Positions 50,381 to 59,788 of a DNA stretch of 64,000 nt are shown here, one piece after another. The translations under genes and the position numbers were made by a program. The DNA comes from a bacterium (GTDB lineage: Bacteria > Patescibacteriota > Dojkabacteria > JAKAPS01): the NCBI GenBank assembly GCA_021806925.1, contig JAKAPS010000003.1, forward strand, positions 10,553 through 74,552. The letters are read 5' to 3'. The stretch's first letter is position 1. Each line of letters starts with the position of its first letter. The notes under the pieces were generated by a model, which worked only from the letters and a program-made list of their open reading frames with translations, ran no database searches and was not told the DNA's origin.

Positions 50381-51025
50381 ATGGGACAAAAAATTCATCC
50401 TGTTGGTTTTAGGTTAGGTGTAAATAACACTTGGTCGTCTCTTTGGTTTGCAAATTCAAAGAATGATTATACAAAGAACCTTCATTCTGATTTAAAGGCA
50501 AGAAAATATATTGATAAGGCATTATCAAGAGCTGGTATAGGTGATGTTTTCATAAAAAGAAGCTTAAGTAATTGTCTTATAGAGATATATGTTGCTAGGC
50601 CTGGTATGGTAATTGGTAAAAATGGGAAAAACCTTGAAATATTAAAGGCTGAATTGGAAAAGATTCTAGGTGATAATATTAGAATTGAGGTTAAAGAAAT
50701 AAAAGCACCTCAACTTGATGCAAGTGTTGTTGCTCAGAATATTGTTGAAGGTATAACAAGGAGAATAAATACTAAATTTTTAGTTACAAAAGAAATGCAA
50801 AAAACTCAAGAAGCAGGTGCATTAGGATGTAAAATATGGATATCTGGTTTGATTAATGGAAGTGCTATACATAGAACAGAAAAGAAGGGATTTGGAGTTG
50901 TTCCACTTCACACTTTAAGAGCTGATATTTCATATTCTGGAAAACATGCTTTAACATATAACCATGGTGTTATGGGAGTTAAAGTTTGGATTTACAGAGG
51001 TGAAAAAAATGATTATATTATTTAA
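50381..51025 (+). CDS. rpsC: 30S ribosomal protein S3
   Basis: MGQKIHPVGFRLGV start, KH domain. Confidence 0.9.
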   Translation: MGQKIHPVGFRLGVNNTWSSLWFANSKNDYTKNLHSDLKARKYIDKALSRAGIGDVFIKRSLSNCLIEIYVARPGMVIGKNGKNLEILKAELEKILGDNIRIEVKEIKAPQLDASVVAQNIVEGITRRINTKFLVTKEMQKTQEAGALGCKIWISGLINGSAIHRTEKKGFGVVPLHTLRADISYSGKHALTYNHGVMGVKVWIYRGEKNDYII

Positions 51026-51030
51026 TAGTT

Positions 51031-51435
51031 ATGTTAACAGGACCAAGAAAACAAAAATTTAGGAAAAGTTATAATATTGCAATGCACGGTATTGTTTTTC
51101 AGGATATTGCATTTGGCGACTTTGGAATGAAAGTTACTAAATGTGGTTTCTTAACTGGAAATCAATTGGAAGCTGCGAGAAAAGCAATATCACATTATAC
51201 TAACAGACAAGGAAAGGTATGGATTAGAGTCTTTCCACAAGTTCCAGTAACAAAGAAGGGACAAGGTGTAAGAATGGGAAGTGGAAAAGGTGCTGTTGAA
51301 TATTTTGGGACACCTGTAAAAGTAGGTGCTATAATATTTGAAATTAGTGGAGTCTCTAGAGAAATTGCAACTGAAGCATTTAGATTAGCTGGTAACAAGT
51401 TGCCTATATCATATAAACTTGTAACTAAAATATAA
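51031..51435 (+). CDS. rplP: 50S ribosomal protein L16
   Basis: GQGVRMGSGKGAVEYF block. Confidence 0.9.
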   Translation: MLTGPRKQKFRKSYNIAMHGIVFQDIAFGDFGMKVTKCGFLTGNQLEAARKAISHYTNRQGKVWIRVFPQVPVTKKGQGVRMGSGKGAVEYFGTPVKVGAIIFEISGVSREIATEAFRLAGNKLPISYKLVTKI

Positions 51436-51450
51436 AGAAAGAGTATACAT

Positions 51451-51660
51451 ATGGTAAACATTAAAGATCTTAGGAAAGAAAATATAGATTCATTAAGAAA
51501 TAGACTTAAGGATTTAGAAAAGGAAATATTAAACACCTTATTTGATATTAAAACAGGAAAATCTAAAAATACTGCACAGTTGAGATCCTTAAAGAAGGAT
51601 TATGCAAGAGTTTTAACTGTTATTTCTGAATTAGAAACTATTAAGGAATATGCAAAATAA
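51451..51660 (+). CDS. rpmC: 50S ribosomal protein L29
   Basis: Size, position, helical K/E-rich sequence. Confidence 0.8.
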   Translation: MVNIKDLRKENIDSLRNRLKDLEKEILNTLFDIKTGKSKNTAQLRSLKKDYARVLTVISELETIKEYAK

Positions 51661-51874
51661 AAAAATTATTTCAGGGGTCGTTGTTTCAAATAAGATGACT
51701 GGTAGTGTTGTTGTAAAAATTTCAACAAGGAGTAAACATCCTATTTATGGTAAAATTATTACAAGAGGAAAAAAATTTATGGCATCTTGTAAGAATCCTG
51801 TAAATATTGGTGATCTTGTAAAAATTGAAGAAACTAAAAAGGCTTCAAAATTAAAACATTGGAGGGTAATATAA
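51650..51874 (+). CDS. rpsQ: 30S ribosomal protein S17
   Basis: GVVVSNKMTGSVVV...HPIYGK block. Confidence 0.85.
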   Translation: MQNKKIISGVVVSNKMTGSVVVKISTRSKHPIYGKIITRGKKFMASCKNPVNIGDLVKIEETKKASKLKHWRVI

Positions 51875-51875
51875 A

Positions 51876-52247
51876 ATGGTTCAATTATTAAGTGTATTGG
51901 TGTGTGCTGATAATACTGGAGCAAAGTCTCTAAGGATAATAGGTAAACTAGGTGGCACAAGGAATGATATTCTATCAGTTGGAGATATTATAAGTTGCGT
52001 CGTTCATAGAGGAAGTAGTCAAGCTCAAATTAAAACTCATGAAAAAGTAAAAGCTATTGTTATAAGGACAAAAAAAGAAATAAAAAGAGCTGATGGGTCA
52101 TATATTAGATTTGGTGATAATGCAGCAGTAATTATTGATATTAAGTCTAAAGAACCTAAGGGTACAGCAATTTTTGGGCCAGTTGCAAGAGAATTGCGTG
52201 ATAAAGGGTTTTTGAAGCTTGTTAGTTTAGCAGATGAAGTATTATGA
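51876..52247 (+). CDS. rplN: 50S ribosomal protein L14
   Basis: ADNTGAK block and position. Confidence 0.9.
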   Translation: MVQLLSVLVCADNTGAKSLRIIGKLGGTRNDILSVGDIISCVVHRGSSQAQIKTHEKVKAIVIRTKKEIKRADGSYIRFGDNAAVIIDIKSKEPKGTAIFGPVARELRDKGFLKLVSLADEVL

Positions 52248-52531
52248 AAATTAAAAAAGGAGATAAAGTACTTGTCATTGCTGGTAAGTCAAAAGGTAAA
52301 ACCAGTCAAGTTTCAAAGGTAGTTAAAAGTAAAAATATGGTAATGGTTGATGACGTTAATATTTTTATAAAGCATGTCAAAGGACAGGGTAAGGTTGCTT
52401 TGCAGAAGCCTATATCAAGTTCTAACGTAAAAGTTATTTGTCAATCATGCTCTAAGCCTTCACGAATAGGCTTCAAAATAGAAAATAATAAAAAAGTAAG
52501 ATATTGTAGGAATTGTAATGCAATCATCTGA
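52244..52531 (+). CDS. rplX: 50S ribosomal protein L24, with a C-terminal CxxC-x18-CxxC zinc-ribbon-like motif
   Basis: MKIKKGDKVLVIAGKSKGK KOW start. C66, C69, C88, C91 in the tail (ICQSC...YCRNC). Confidence 0.85.
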   Translation: MKIKKGDKVLVIAGKSKGKTSQVSKVVKSKNMVMVDDVNIFIKHVKGQGKVALQKPISSSNVKVICQSCSKPSRIGFKIENNKKVRYCRNCNAII

Positions 52532-53261
52532 TGTGTATTTATTTGCTGGAAGGAATTTGCTAGAGGAAAGTTTGAAATCTGGGCATTTAAAGTCTGTTTA
52601 TTTTAGTAGCTCTTTTAAAAATTTATTGCCTGCTAGGCTTGCAAAAATCGTTCACTTACTTGAGAAGAAACATATTAGTATAAGTTTTGAGGATAAAAGA
52701 TTTTTTGATTCTTTTGAAAAAAAGTATAATACAACAACTGAAGGAGTTATTTTTAAAACTAGTGTTCCTAGGATTTCTCTTGATGAAGTAATGTCATCTG
52801 AGGACAATAGTGATTCTCTTATATGTTTTGTTGATGATCTAACATTTTCTGCAAATATGGGGAGTATATTAAGAAGTGCAAGTGCGTTCGGAGTAAAAGC
52901 TTTGGTTATATCTTCGTCTTCAAAGTTAACATTAAATCAGGAAGTTGCTAGATATTCAATGGGCGGAATATTTTATGTACCCGTAATACATGAAAGCACA
53001 TACGCTTTTCTAGATAAAGCTAAAAGGAATGGGTATAATATAATAGGATTTGATATTAATCAAACTTTATTATATAATACTGACAGCTACACGAGTAAGG
53101 ATGTTTTGTTTTTTGGTGGTGAAAGTAAAGGTATATCACCAAACGTAAGAAATAAAATGAATCGTGTTTTAGCGATACCAATGAGTAATACTGTTCAGTC
53201 ATTGAATGTGTCTGTTACAGTTGGAATCATATTGAGTTATAGATATAGTATAAATGTCTGA
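52518..53261 (+). CDS. SpoU/TrmH-family RNA 2'-O-methyltransferase (RlmB-like), embedded between rplX and rplE
   Basis: SPOUT blocks FGGESKGIS, VLAIPMSNTVQSLNVSVTVGIILSY (compare IPMxGxxxSLNVSVAAGIxL). The N-terminal ~80 aa resemble the RlmB substrate-binding domain. Overlaps rplX by 14 nt and rplE by 8 nt. Confidence 0.7.
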   Translation: MQSSDVYLFAGRNLLEESLKSGHLKSVYFSSSFKNLLPARLAKIVHLLEKKHISISFEDKRFFDSFEKKYNTTTEGVIFKTSVPRISLDEVMSSEDNSDSLICFVDDLTFSANMGSILRSASAFGVKALVISSSSKLTLNQEVARYSMGGIFYVPVIHESTYAFLDKAKRNGYNIIGFDINQTLLYNTDSYTSKDVLFFGGESKGISPNVRNKMNRVLAIPMSNTVQSLNVSVTVGIILSYRYSINV

Positions 53262-53799
53262 TCTAAGAGAAAAATATAACAAGGAAATAAAGAAAGAACT
53301 TAAATCTGTTTTAGGACTTTCAAATATTATGGCTGTTCCAGCATTGAAAGCAATTACTGTAAATGCTGGGTTAGGTGCAAGCTTAACAAATGCAAAAATA
53401 ATGGAAGTTGTTCTTTCATTTTTCACTGATATAACTGGTCAAAAGCCAGTTGTAACAAGAGCTAGAAAAGCAATTTCAAACTTTAAAATAAGGGAGGGTA
53501 TGCCAATTGGTGCTAAAGTTACATTGAGAGGTGAAAATATGTGGATGTTCTTTGAGAAATTTGTGAATATTGTAGTTCCTAGAATTAAGGATTTTAGAGG
53601 TTTTGATACTAAATCCTTTGATGGAAAAGGTGGATACAGTATTGGTATTAAAGACCATACTATATTTCCTGAAATAGATCCAAACGTAATTGAAAAAATG
53701 AGTAGTTTTGAGATAACATTTCAAACAACAGGAAAGAATAAAGAAGAAACTGAAACTCTTCTTAGATCTTTAGGTTTACCTTTAAAGAAAAATGGCTAA
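53254..53799 (+). CDS. rplE: 50S ribosomal protein L5
   Basis: REGMPIGAKVTLRGENMW block. Confidence 0.9.
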   Translation: MSDLREKYNKEIKKELKSVLGLSNIMAVPALKAITVNAGLGASLTNAKIMEVVLSFFTDITGQKPVVTRARKAISNFKIREGMPIGAKVTLRGENMWMFFEKFVNIVVPRIKDFRGFDTKSFDGKGGYSIGIKDHTIFPEIDPNVIEKMSSFEITFQTTGKNKEETETLLRSLGLPLKKNG

Positions 53800-53986
53800 A
53801 AAATCACAAGTTGTTAAGCAACAAAGACTTAAATTGAAATCTAAATACAGTTCAAGGGTTTACAACAGATGTTTAATTTGCGGTAGGCGTCATGGTTTTA
53901 TGAGGGATTTTAATATGTGTCGTATTTGTTTTAGAAATAATAGTCACCTTGGGTTTATAACAGGTGTTACAAAATCTTCATGGTAA
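53792..53986 (+). CDS. rpsZ: 30S ribosomal protein S14, type Z (zinc-binding, 64 aa)
   Basis: CLICGRRHGFMRDFNMCRICFR, a CxxC...CxxC motif. Confidence 0.85.
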   Translation: MAKKSQVVKQQRLKLKSKYSSRVYNRCLICGRRHGFMRDFNMCRICFRNNSHLGFITGVTKSSW

Positions 53987-53995
53987 AATATAATT

Positions 53996-54388
53996 ATGGA
54001 TACAAAATCTGATTTATTAACAAGAATTCGTAATGCAATTATGAGGAACTTTAAGTATGTTGAAGCTCCATATTCAAAATTGAGTGAGAGAATATTAGAG
54101 ATTTTGGCTGATGAGAAATTTATTGATGGATATGAAATTCTTGAAGATCAGTCTACGAAATTCAATTCATTTAATATAAAACTTAGATATGTTAACGGAC
54201 GAAGTGCAATTGAGTCTTTGAAAGTCATAAGTAAACCAGGTCTTAGAAAATATGTTCAATATAAGGATTTAAAGAGCCTAAGGGGAAATACTGGGATTTA
54301 TATTATCTCTACTTCTAAAGGAGTTCTTGCTGATAGAAAAGCTAAAGAGCTTAAAGTTGGAGGAGAGTTACTTTGTAGTGTATATTAA
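53996..54388 (+). CDS. rpsH: 30S ribosomal protein S8
   Basis: DLLTRIRNA start; position. Confidence 0.9.
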   Translation: MDTKSDLLTRIRNAIMRNFKYVEAPYSKLSERILEILADEKFIDGYEILEDQSTKFNSFNIKLRYVNGRSAIESLKVISKPGLRKYVQYKDLKSLRGNTGIYIISTSKGVLADRKAKELKVGGELLCSVY

Positions 54389-54391
54389 AAT

Positions 54392-54958
54392 ATGTCTAGA
54401 ATAGGAAGGCAACCAATTAAAGTTCCAAATAGTGTTAAGATAGTTATTAGTGAGGATGGTCGCAACTTAGTTGCTACTGGTTCACTAGGTGAGTTATCAG
54501 TACCTATAAGTAGTCACTGTAATGTAACAATAGATAAGGATAATACATGTTTAGTCACTTTGTCAGATGAGAAATTTATAGATAATCCAGAGTATAAGGC
54601 TATGTGGGGACTTACTAGGGCACTTATAAACAATGCTATTATAGGTGTATCAGAGGGATTTAAGAAGGAATTAGAAATTAGAGGTATTGGTTACAGAGCT
54701 CAAATGAGCGGTGATGATATTATTTTCTCACTTGGGTATTCGCATCAAATTACTTTTAAGAAGGTTGATGGAGTTTCATTTAGTGTTACTGATAATACTC
54801 ATGTTTTTGTAAGTGGAATAAGCAAGGAGTTAGTCGGTGAAGTTTCTGCAAGAATAAGAAAGCTAAGAAAACCTGAACCATATAAAGGTAAAGGTGTTAG
54901 ATATAAAGATGAAGTTGTACGTAAAAAAATAAGTAAAGGTACAAAAGCTAAAAAGTAA
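54392..54958 (+). CDS. rplF: 50S ribosomal protein L6
   Basis: MSRIGRQPIKVP start, two repeated domains. Confidence 0.9.
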   Translation: MSRIGRQPIKVPNSVKIVISEDGRNLVATGSLGELSVPISSHCNVTIDKDNTCLVTLSDEKFIDNPEYKAMWGLTRALINNAIIGVSEGFKKELEIRGIGYRAQMSGDDIIFSLGYSHQITFKKVDGVSFSVTDNTHVFVSGISKELVGEVSARIRKLRKPEPYKGKGVRYKDEVVRKKISKGTKAKK

Positions 54959-54967
54959 AATATTATT

Positions 54968-55366
54968 ATGTTAAAGAAAATATTAAAAAAGCATAAAAGA
55001 GTACGAGGAAAGATTTCAGGTACTTCTGAAGTGCCAAGGGTTTCTGTATATAAGTCTATAAGATATATGTATGTACAACTTATTGATGATGAGAAAAGTG
55101 TATCCATGTATGGATTGTCTGATAAAGTTTTGACTAAGAAGAATAATGTAGATGAGGAAAAAGGAGAAAAAGGTAGTAAGAAAAATAGTAAGATAGTTAA
55201 TAAGCAAAATAAAACTGATAGATCATATCAGTTAGGTCTGGATTTTGGTAAACATGTTATTTCTCTCGGTTTTAAAAAAGTTTGCTTTGATAGAGGGGGA
55301 CATGCTTATCATGGAAGAATAGCATCATTTGCTAAAGGTGCAAGAGATGCTGGTTTAATATTTTAA
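54968..55366 (+). CDS. rplR: 50S ribosomal protein L18 (with a K/E-rich insertion)
   Basis: Position; FDRGGHAYHGRIASFAKGARDAGL C-terminus. Confidence 0.8.
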   Translation: MLKKILKKHKRVRGKISGTSEVPRVSVYKSIRYMYVQLIDDEKSVSMYGLSDKVLTKKNNVDEEKGEKGSKKNSKIVNKQNKTDRSYQLGLDFGKHVISLGFKKVCFDRGGHAYHGRIASFAKGARDAGLIF

Positions 55367-55371
55367 TAGAT

Positions 55372-55920
55372 ATGGACAAAAATCAACAACAACATGAACA
55401 AGGTGTTACAAGACTTTTTAGTCAAGCACCTGCAACTGGAAATCAAAGAAATAGAAATATTCCTTTTCAACAACCTAAAGCTCAATCTGATTTTGATCAG
55501 GTTGTTATATCTACAAGGAGGGTTGCTAAAGTTACAAAAGGTCGTAAGAGATTGAGATTCACCGCAGTAGTTGCTATAGGTAATAAACAAGGACGTGTTG
55601 GAATTGGAATTGGTAGGGGGGGAGATCCGAAGCTTGCTATTGAAAAGGGCGGTAGGAATGCTAAGAAGAATTTAATTAGTGTAGTTATATCAAAAACAAC
55701 AATCCCTCATAACATTGATATGAAGTTTAAAGGGGCAAAAATTAGATTGAAACCTGCAAAAGAAGGTTCAGGTATTATTGCTGGTAGCTGTGTTAGAATA
55801 ATAGCTGAGTTAGCAGGTATAAAAGATTTGAGAGGCAAGATCTTAGGGTCACCAAATAAAACAGCAAATGCATATGCAATGATCAATGCATTATCTTTAT
55901 TAAGAGATAAAAGAATATGA
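55372..55920 (+). CDS. rpsE: 30S ribosomal protein S5
   Basis: VAKVTKGRKRLRFTAVVAIGN...GSCVRIIAELAGIKD blocks. Confidence 0.9.
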   Translation: MDKNQQQHEQGVTRLFSQAPATGNQRNRNIPFQQPKAQSDFDQVVISTRRVAKVTKGRKRLRFTAVVAIGNKQGRVGIGIGRGGDPKLAIEKGGRNAKKNLISVVISKTTIPHNIDMKFKGAKIRLKPAKEGSGIIAGSCVRIIAELAGIKDLRGKILGSPNKTANAYAMINALSLLRDKRI

Positions 55921-56357
55921 ATTTAAACTACTTAAGTAAAATAACAGACAGAAGGGGCAAAAGAGTTGGCAGAGGAATTGGCTCAGGAAAAGGCGGTCAT
56001 ACAGTAGGAAGAGGAGTCAAAGGACAGAAGTCAAGAAGCGGATACCATAAGAGAGCTATGTTTGAAGGTGGTCAGAATCCGTTAGCTATGAGAATTCCTC
56101 ATTCAAAGGGATTTAAAAAACACATAAAGAAGAATATTGAAATTGTATATTTATTTACTCTGGAATGTTTCAATGCAGGTGATACTGTTAATGTTGATGA
56201 ATTATTCAAGAGAGGTTTAATTAGAGGCACTGGAAGTCCAAAGATTCTCAATAAAGGAAATATATCAAAAAGTTTGAATATTGAAAATATTTCTGTTTCC
56301 GAAGGAGTAAAGGAAAAAATTGAGAGTATGGGAGGTAGTGTTAAATGGACTATTTAA
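55917..56357 (+). CDS. rplO: 50S ribosomal protein L15; it directly follows rpsE with a 4-nt overlap, so there is no rpmD (L30) gene
   Basis: RRGKRVGRGIGSGKGGHTVGRGVKGQKSRSG block. Confidence 0.85.
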   Translation: MNLNYLSKITDRRGKRVGRGIGSGKGGHTVGRGVKGQKSRSGYHKRAMFEGGQNPLAMRIPHSKGFKKHIKKNIEIVYLFTLECFNAGDTVNVDELFKRGLIRGTGSPKILNKGNISKSLNIENISVSEGVKEKIESMGGSVKWTI

Positions 56358-57607
56358 ATTTATTTAAAAAAGTATTTTCTAATCCTGTATTAAGGAATAA
56401 AATATTCTATACTTTATTTATTCTTGTTATTTTTAGAATTTTAGCTAATATCCCAACTGCGGATGTTAACACTCAGGCATTGAGTAATATATTTAATCAG
56501 AATCAATTTCTTGGACTTGTTAATGTTCTTTCAGGTGGTTCCTATGCTAATTTTGCTTTAATTGCTTTAGGCATCGCTCCATATGTTATTGTTAGCTCAA
56601 TACTTCCATTTATGAGAACTGTGATTCCTAAGATTGATGAAATGTACCAGAATGGAAATGAAGGGCAAAGGCAAATAGTTATGATATCAAGATATCTTAC
56701 GTTTCCTTTCGCTGTTATACAAGCTATAGCAGTTTATCTATTTTTGCAATCTCAAGGTTTAATATATTCTACAGCTTTCTTACAGGTTATGACATTTATT
56801 GTGTCAACTGTTGCTGGAACATTTCTTTTACTATGGTTGAGTGAGAATATTTCTGAAGATGGAGTTGGACAAGGAGTGTCATTCATTATAGCTGTTAACA
56901 TATTGTCTATAATACCTCACGCCTTAGTAGCATATTTTTCGACTCAGAATTTTAATTTTATTAATGTTATTGTGCTTGTTGTAGTTATATTTCTTTTACT
57001 TTATTTTGTTACACTTTACTCTCTATCATTAAGAAAAATTCCAACAAGGTACTCTGGTAAAGTAGTTCAATCAAATGATTCATATATATCAATACCTGTA
57101 GGAGCAATGAGTGTTATGCCTCCTTATTTTGGTAATATTGTATATTCAGGTGTGCTAAAGCTTTTACAATTGCTTTCTCTTGCAAATAACGCAAGTGTAA
57201 GAAGTGTTAGCAATGCAATTAATAATTACATTGCACCAGTTAGTTCATCTGTTGTTATTCTTATTATATTTACATTTATAATTTCGTATCTATACGTTGG
57301 ATTTGCCTATGACTATAAAGGGCAGGCTAAATCACTTCAAAAGGGTGGTGTATTTATTCCTGGTATAAGACCTGGAACAAGTAGTGAGATATATATTGGT
57401 ACAATTCTGTACAGGGTTGTATTTTACGGAGCAGTATTTCTTTCCATTTTTTCAATTACTCCAACACTTTTGAATACAACATTTCCAAGCCTTAGCTATG
57501 CTATATCAGGAGTTGGATTAGTTATTATTGTTGGAACATTTATTCAAATAGTAGATAATTTTAGATCACAGGTGTCAACATTCTCATATGATAAATTCAT
57601 AAGATAG
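56345..57607 (+). CDS. secY: Preprotein translocase subunit SecY
   Basis: 10 TM, position after rplO, LGIAPYV block. Confidence 0.9.
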   Translation: MDYLNLFKKVFSNPVLRNKIFYTLFILVIFRILANIPTADVNTQALSNIFNQNQFLGLVNVLSGGSYANFALIALGIAPYVIVSSILPFMRTVIPKIDEMYQNGNEGQRQIVMISRYLTFPFAVIQAIAVYLFLQSQGLIYSTAFLQVMTFIVSTVAGTFLLLWLSENISEDGVGQGVSFIIAVNILSIIPHALVAYFSTQNFNFINVIVLVVVIFLLLYFVTLYSLSLRKIPTRYSGKVVQSNDSYISIPVGAMSVMPPYFGNIVYSGVLKLLQLLSLANNASVRSVSNAINNYIAPVSSSVVILIIFTFIISYLYVGFAYDYKGQAKSLQKGGVFIPGIRPGTSSEIYIGTILYRVVFYGAVFLSIFSITPTLLNTTFPSLSYAISGVGLVIIVGTFIQIVDNFRSQVSTFSYDKFIR

Positions 57608-57650
57608 TTTGATATATACCAACTTTTTTGCTATCCTTTATATATAAATT

Positions 57651-58244
57651 ATGATGGTTTTATTTTTAATTGGTCCTTCTGCATGTGGGAAGGGTACTCA
57701 GGCAGGGCTACTATCTGAAAGGTATAATCTTGAACACATAAGTGTAGGTGATTTACTGAGAAGCGAGGTTGATAGAAAAACTGAAATTGGTTTAGAGGTT
57801 GAACCAGTATTAAAAGCAGGACATTTTGTTGAAGGAAATATAATATATAAGTTGTTGCATGAAAAGACTGAAAAACTATTTGATGAGGGAAAAGGTATTA
57901 TAATAGATGGTTTTCCAAGGCTATATTCACAAGCCGAAGCTTCAGAGAAATTTATAAGGCATGGAGTTTATTTTAAGGTCATTTTATATTCATTAGATAT
58001 GGAAGAATGTAAAAGAAGACTTGAAAATAGGTTTAGTACTGGAGGACAAAGAGCTGATGACAATGTATTAACTGAAAGGGAGAAATCATTCTTTCAGGAT
58101 ATTGATAGAATTAAGAAGTATTATTCATTAAGAGGTCAAATGCTGGAAATAAACGCAAAGCCATCAATAGAAGATATTTTTCTTCAAACAACAATGTTAA
58201 TTGATAATGATATGATTAAAGAGAATATTTTTTATAATGAATAA
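57651..58244 (+). CDS. adk: Adenylate kinase (short form, no zinc lid)
   Basis: P-loop LIGPSACGKGTQ; GFPR block. Confidence 0.85.
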   Translation: MMVLFLIGPSACGKGTQAGLLSERYNLEHISVGDLLRSEVDRKTEIGLEVEPVLKAGHFVEGNIIYKLLHEKTEKLFDEGKGIIIDGFPRLYSQAEASEKFIRHGVYFKVILYSLDMEECKRRLENRFSTGGQRADDNVLTEREKSFFQDIDRIKKYYSLRGQMLEINAKPSIEDIFLQTTMLIDNDMIKENIFYNE

Positions 58245-58977
58245 AAATATAGACAACATGAGAATAGCTGGTAAGGCATTGAGAAGGATTCTTGATGAAT
58301 TGATTAAATATTCAGTACCAGGGAGAAATCTGTTAGAGATAGAGAGTTATGCTAGGACACTTTGTGAAAAGGAAAATGTTAAACCAGAGTGTCTTAATTA
58401 CCATGGATATCCAGCAGTTCTATGTCTAAATCATAATAATACATTACAACATGGAATTCCACGTGATGTAATTCTAAAATCTGGGGATACTCTTGGAATT
58501 GATACTGTTGTAAGTTATATGGGAGATATGGCGGATGCAGCTAATACAATTCCAATAGGAGAAGCAGATTCTGATAAACGGATGTTTCTAAAAAGTGTGA
58601 AATATGCAATGGATAAGGCAATTGCTATAGTTAAGCCTGGAGTAAAAATTAGTAGTTTAACGAAAATAATGGACGGTGTTTTAAGGGCAAATGCTTATGA
58701 CCCTAGTAGCGTTTTCACTGGTCATGGTATTGGTAGAAAAATGCATGAATTCCCAGAAATTCCATGTTCAATAGAAATATGTTTTGGAAAAAGCTGCCAA
58801 TATGTATTAAAGAAAGATGATACTATAGCTATTGAAGTTATTGCTTCAATGGGCAATAGTGATGTAGATATATTGAAAGATGGGTGGACAGCTGTTACAA
58901 AGGACAATAGTAGGGGAGGGCATTTTGAGCATACTGTCTTAGTTACAGAAAAGGGGTATGAAATTTTGACTCTTTGA
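58237..58977 (+). CDS. map: Methionine aminopeptidase type I
   Basis: Metal-ligand blocks DTVVSYMGDMADAAN, HGIGRKMHE, HFEHTVLVT. Confidence 0.85.
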   Translation: MNKNIDNMRIAGKALRRILDELIKYSVPGRNLLEIESYARTLCEKENVKPECLNYHGYPAVLCLNHNNTLQHGIPRDVILKSGDTLGIDTVVSYMGDMADAANTIPIGEADSDKRMFLKSVKYAMDKAIAIVKPGVKISSLTKIMDGVLRANAYDPSSVFTGHGIGRKMHEFPEIPCSIEICFGKSCQYVLKKDDTIAIEVIASMGNSDVDILKDGWTAVTKDNSRGGHFEHTVLVTEKGYEILTL

Positions 58978-59006
58978 ATTATTCCTGCTATAATTCAAAT
59001 TGTTAG

Positions 59007-59222
59007 ATGAAGACAGATAAGTATGAGGTCGAGGCTGTAGTTGTTGATGTTTTGCCTGGTATGAAGTATAGAGTAAAGGTAAAGGGTACAGATCATACTC
59101 TTGTGTGTTATCCGGCTGGTAAAATGAGAATTCATTTTATCAAACTTTCCGAAGGGGATAACGTAAGGATTGAAATTAGTAAATATGATTTAAATAATGG
59201 TCGTATAATTAGACGATTATAA
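59007..59222 (+). CDS. infA: Translation initiation factor IF-1
   Basis: 71 aa S1-like OB fold; YRVKVKGTDHTLVCYPAGKMR block. Confidence 0.9.
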   Translation: MKTDKYEVEAVVVDVLPGMKYRVKVKGTDHTLVCYPAGKMRIHFIKLSEGDNVRIEISKYDLNNGRIIRRL

Positions 59223-59240
59223 CAAAAATAATATTATAAT

Positions 59241-59357
59241 ATGAAATTAAAATCTTCAATAAAAAAAAGGTGTAAACACTGTTATCTTGTGAAGAGAGAA
59301 GGTGTTCTATTTATTTATTGTAAGGTAAATCCAAAACATAAAATGAGACAAGGTTAA
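59241..59357 (+). CDS. rpmJ: 50S ribosomal protein L36 (zinc-ribbon type); too short for the ORF track, found by translating the infA-rpsM spacer
   Basis: Translation [38 protein letters not shown], with the C-x2-C-x12-C-x4-H pattern and the canonical L36 length and position. Confidence 0.8.
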   Translation: MKLKSSIKKRCKHCYLVKREGVLFIYCKVNPKHKMRQG

Positions 59358-59360
59358 TTT

Positions 59361-59774
59361 ATGACAACAAATAATAATGTATATAACAATGTTAGGATAG
59401 CTGGTATAGATATTCCTGCAAATAAGAAGATTCAAGTTGCATTAACAAGTATCTATGGAATTGGTTTATCCCTAGCAAAAAAAGTTTTAGATGAGACCCA
59501 TATAAAATTATCAAAAAGAACAAAGGATTTAACTGAGAATGAAATTATCTCATTGAGAAAAGTTATAGAGTCTGATACATTAAAAGTAGAAGGTGAATTG
59601 AGGCAAATAATATTTCAAAACAAGAAGAGATTGAAAGATATAAAGTGTTATAGAGGTATAAGACATAAGGTTGGTTTACCTGTAAGAGGACAAAGAACTA
59701 AAAGCAATGCTAGAACCGTAAAAGGTAAAGCTGTTGCAGTTGGTGGTCTAAAAAGGAAAATAGAGAAAAAATAA
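59361..59774 (+). CDS. rpsM: 30S ribosomal protein S13
   Basis: VRIAGIDIPANKKIQVALTSIYGIG block. Confidence 0.9.
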   Translation: MTTNNNVYNNVRIAGIDIPANKKIQVALTSIYGIGLSLAKKVLDETHIKLSKRTKDLTENEIISLRKVIESDTLKVEGELRQIIFQNKKRLKDIKCYRGIRHKVGLPVRGQRTKSNARTVKGKAVAVGGLKRKIEKK

Positions 59775-59788
59775 ATAAATAAATAAAA

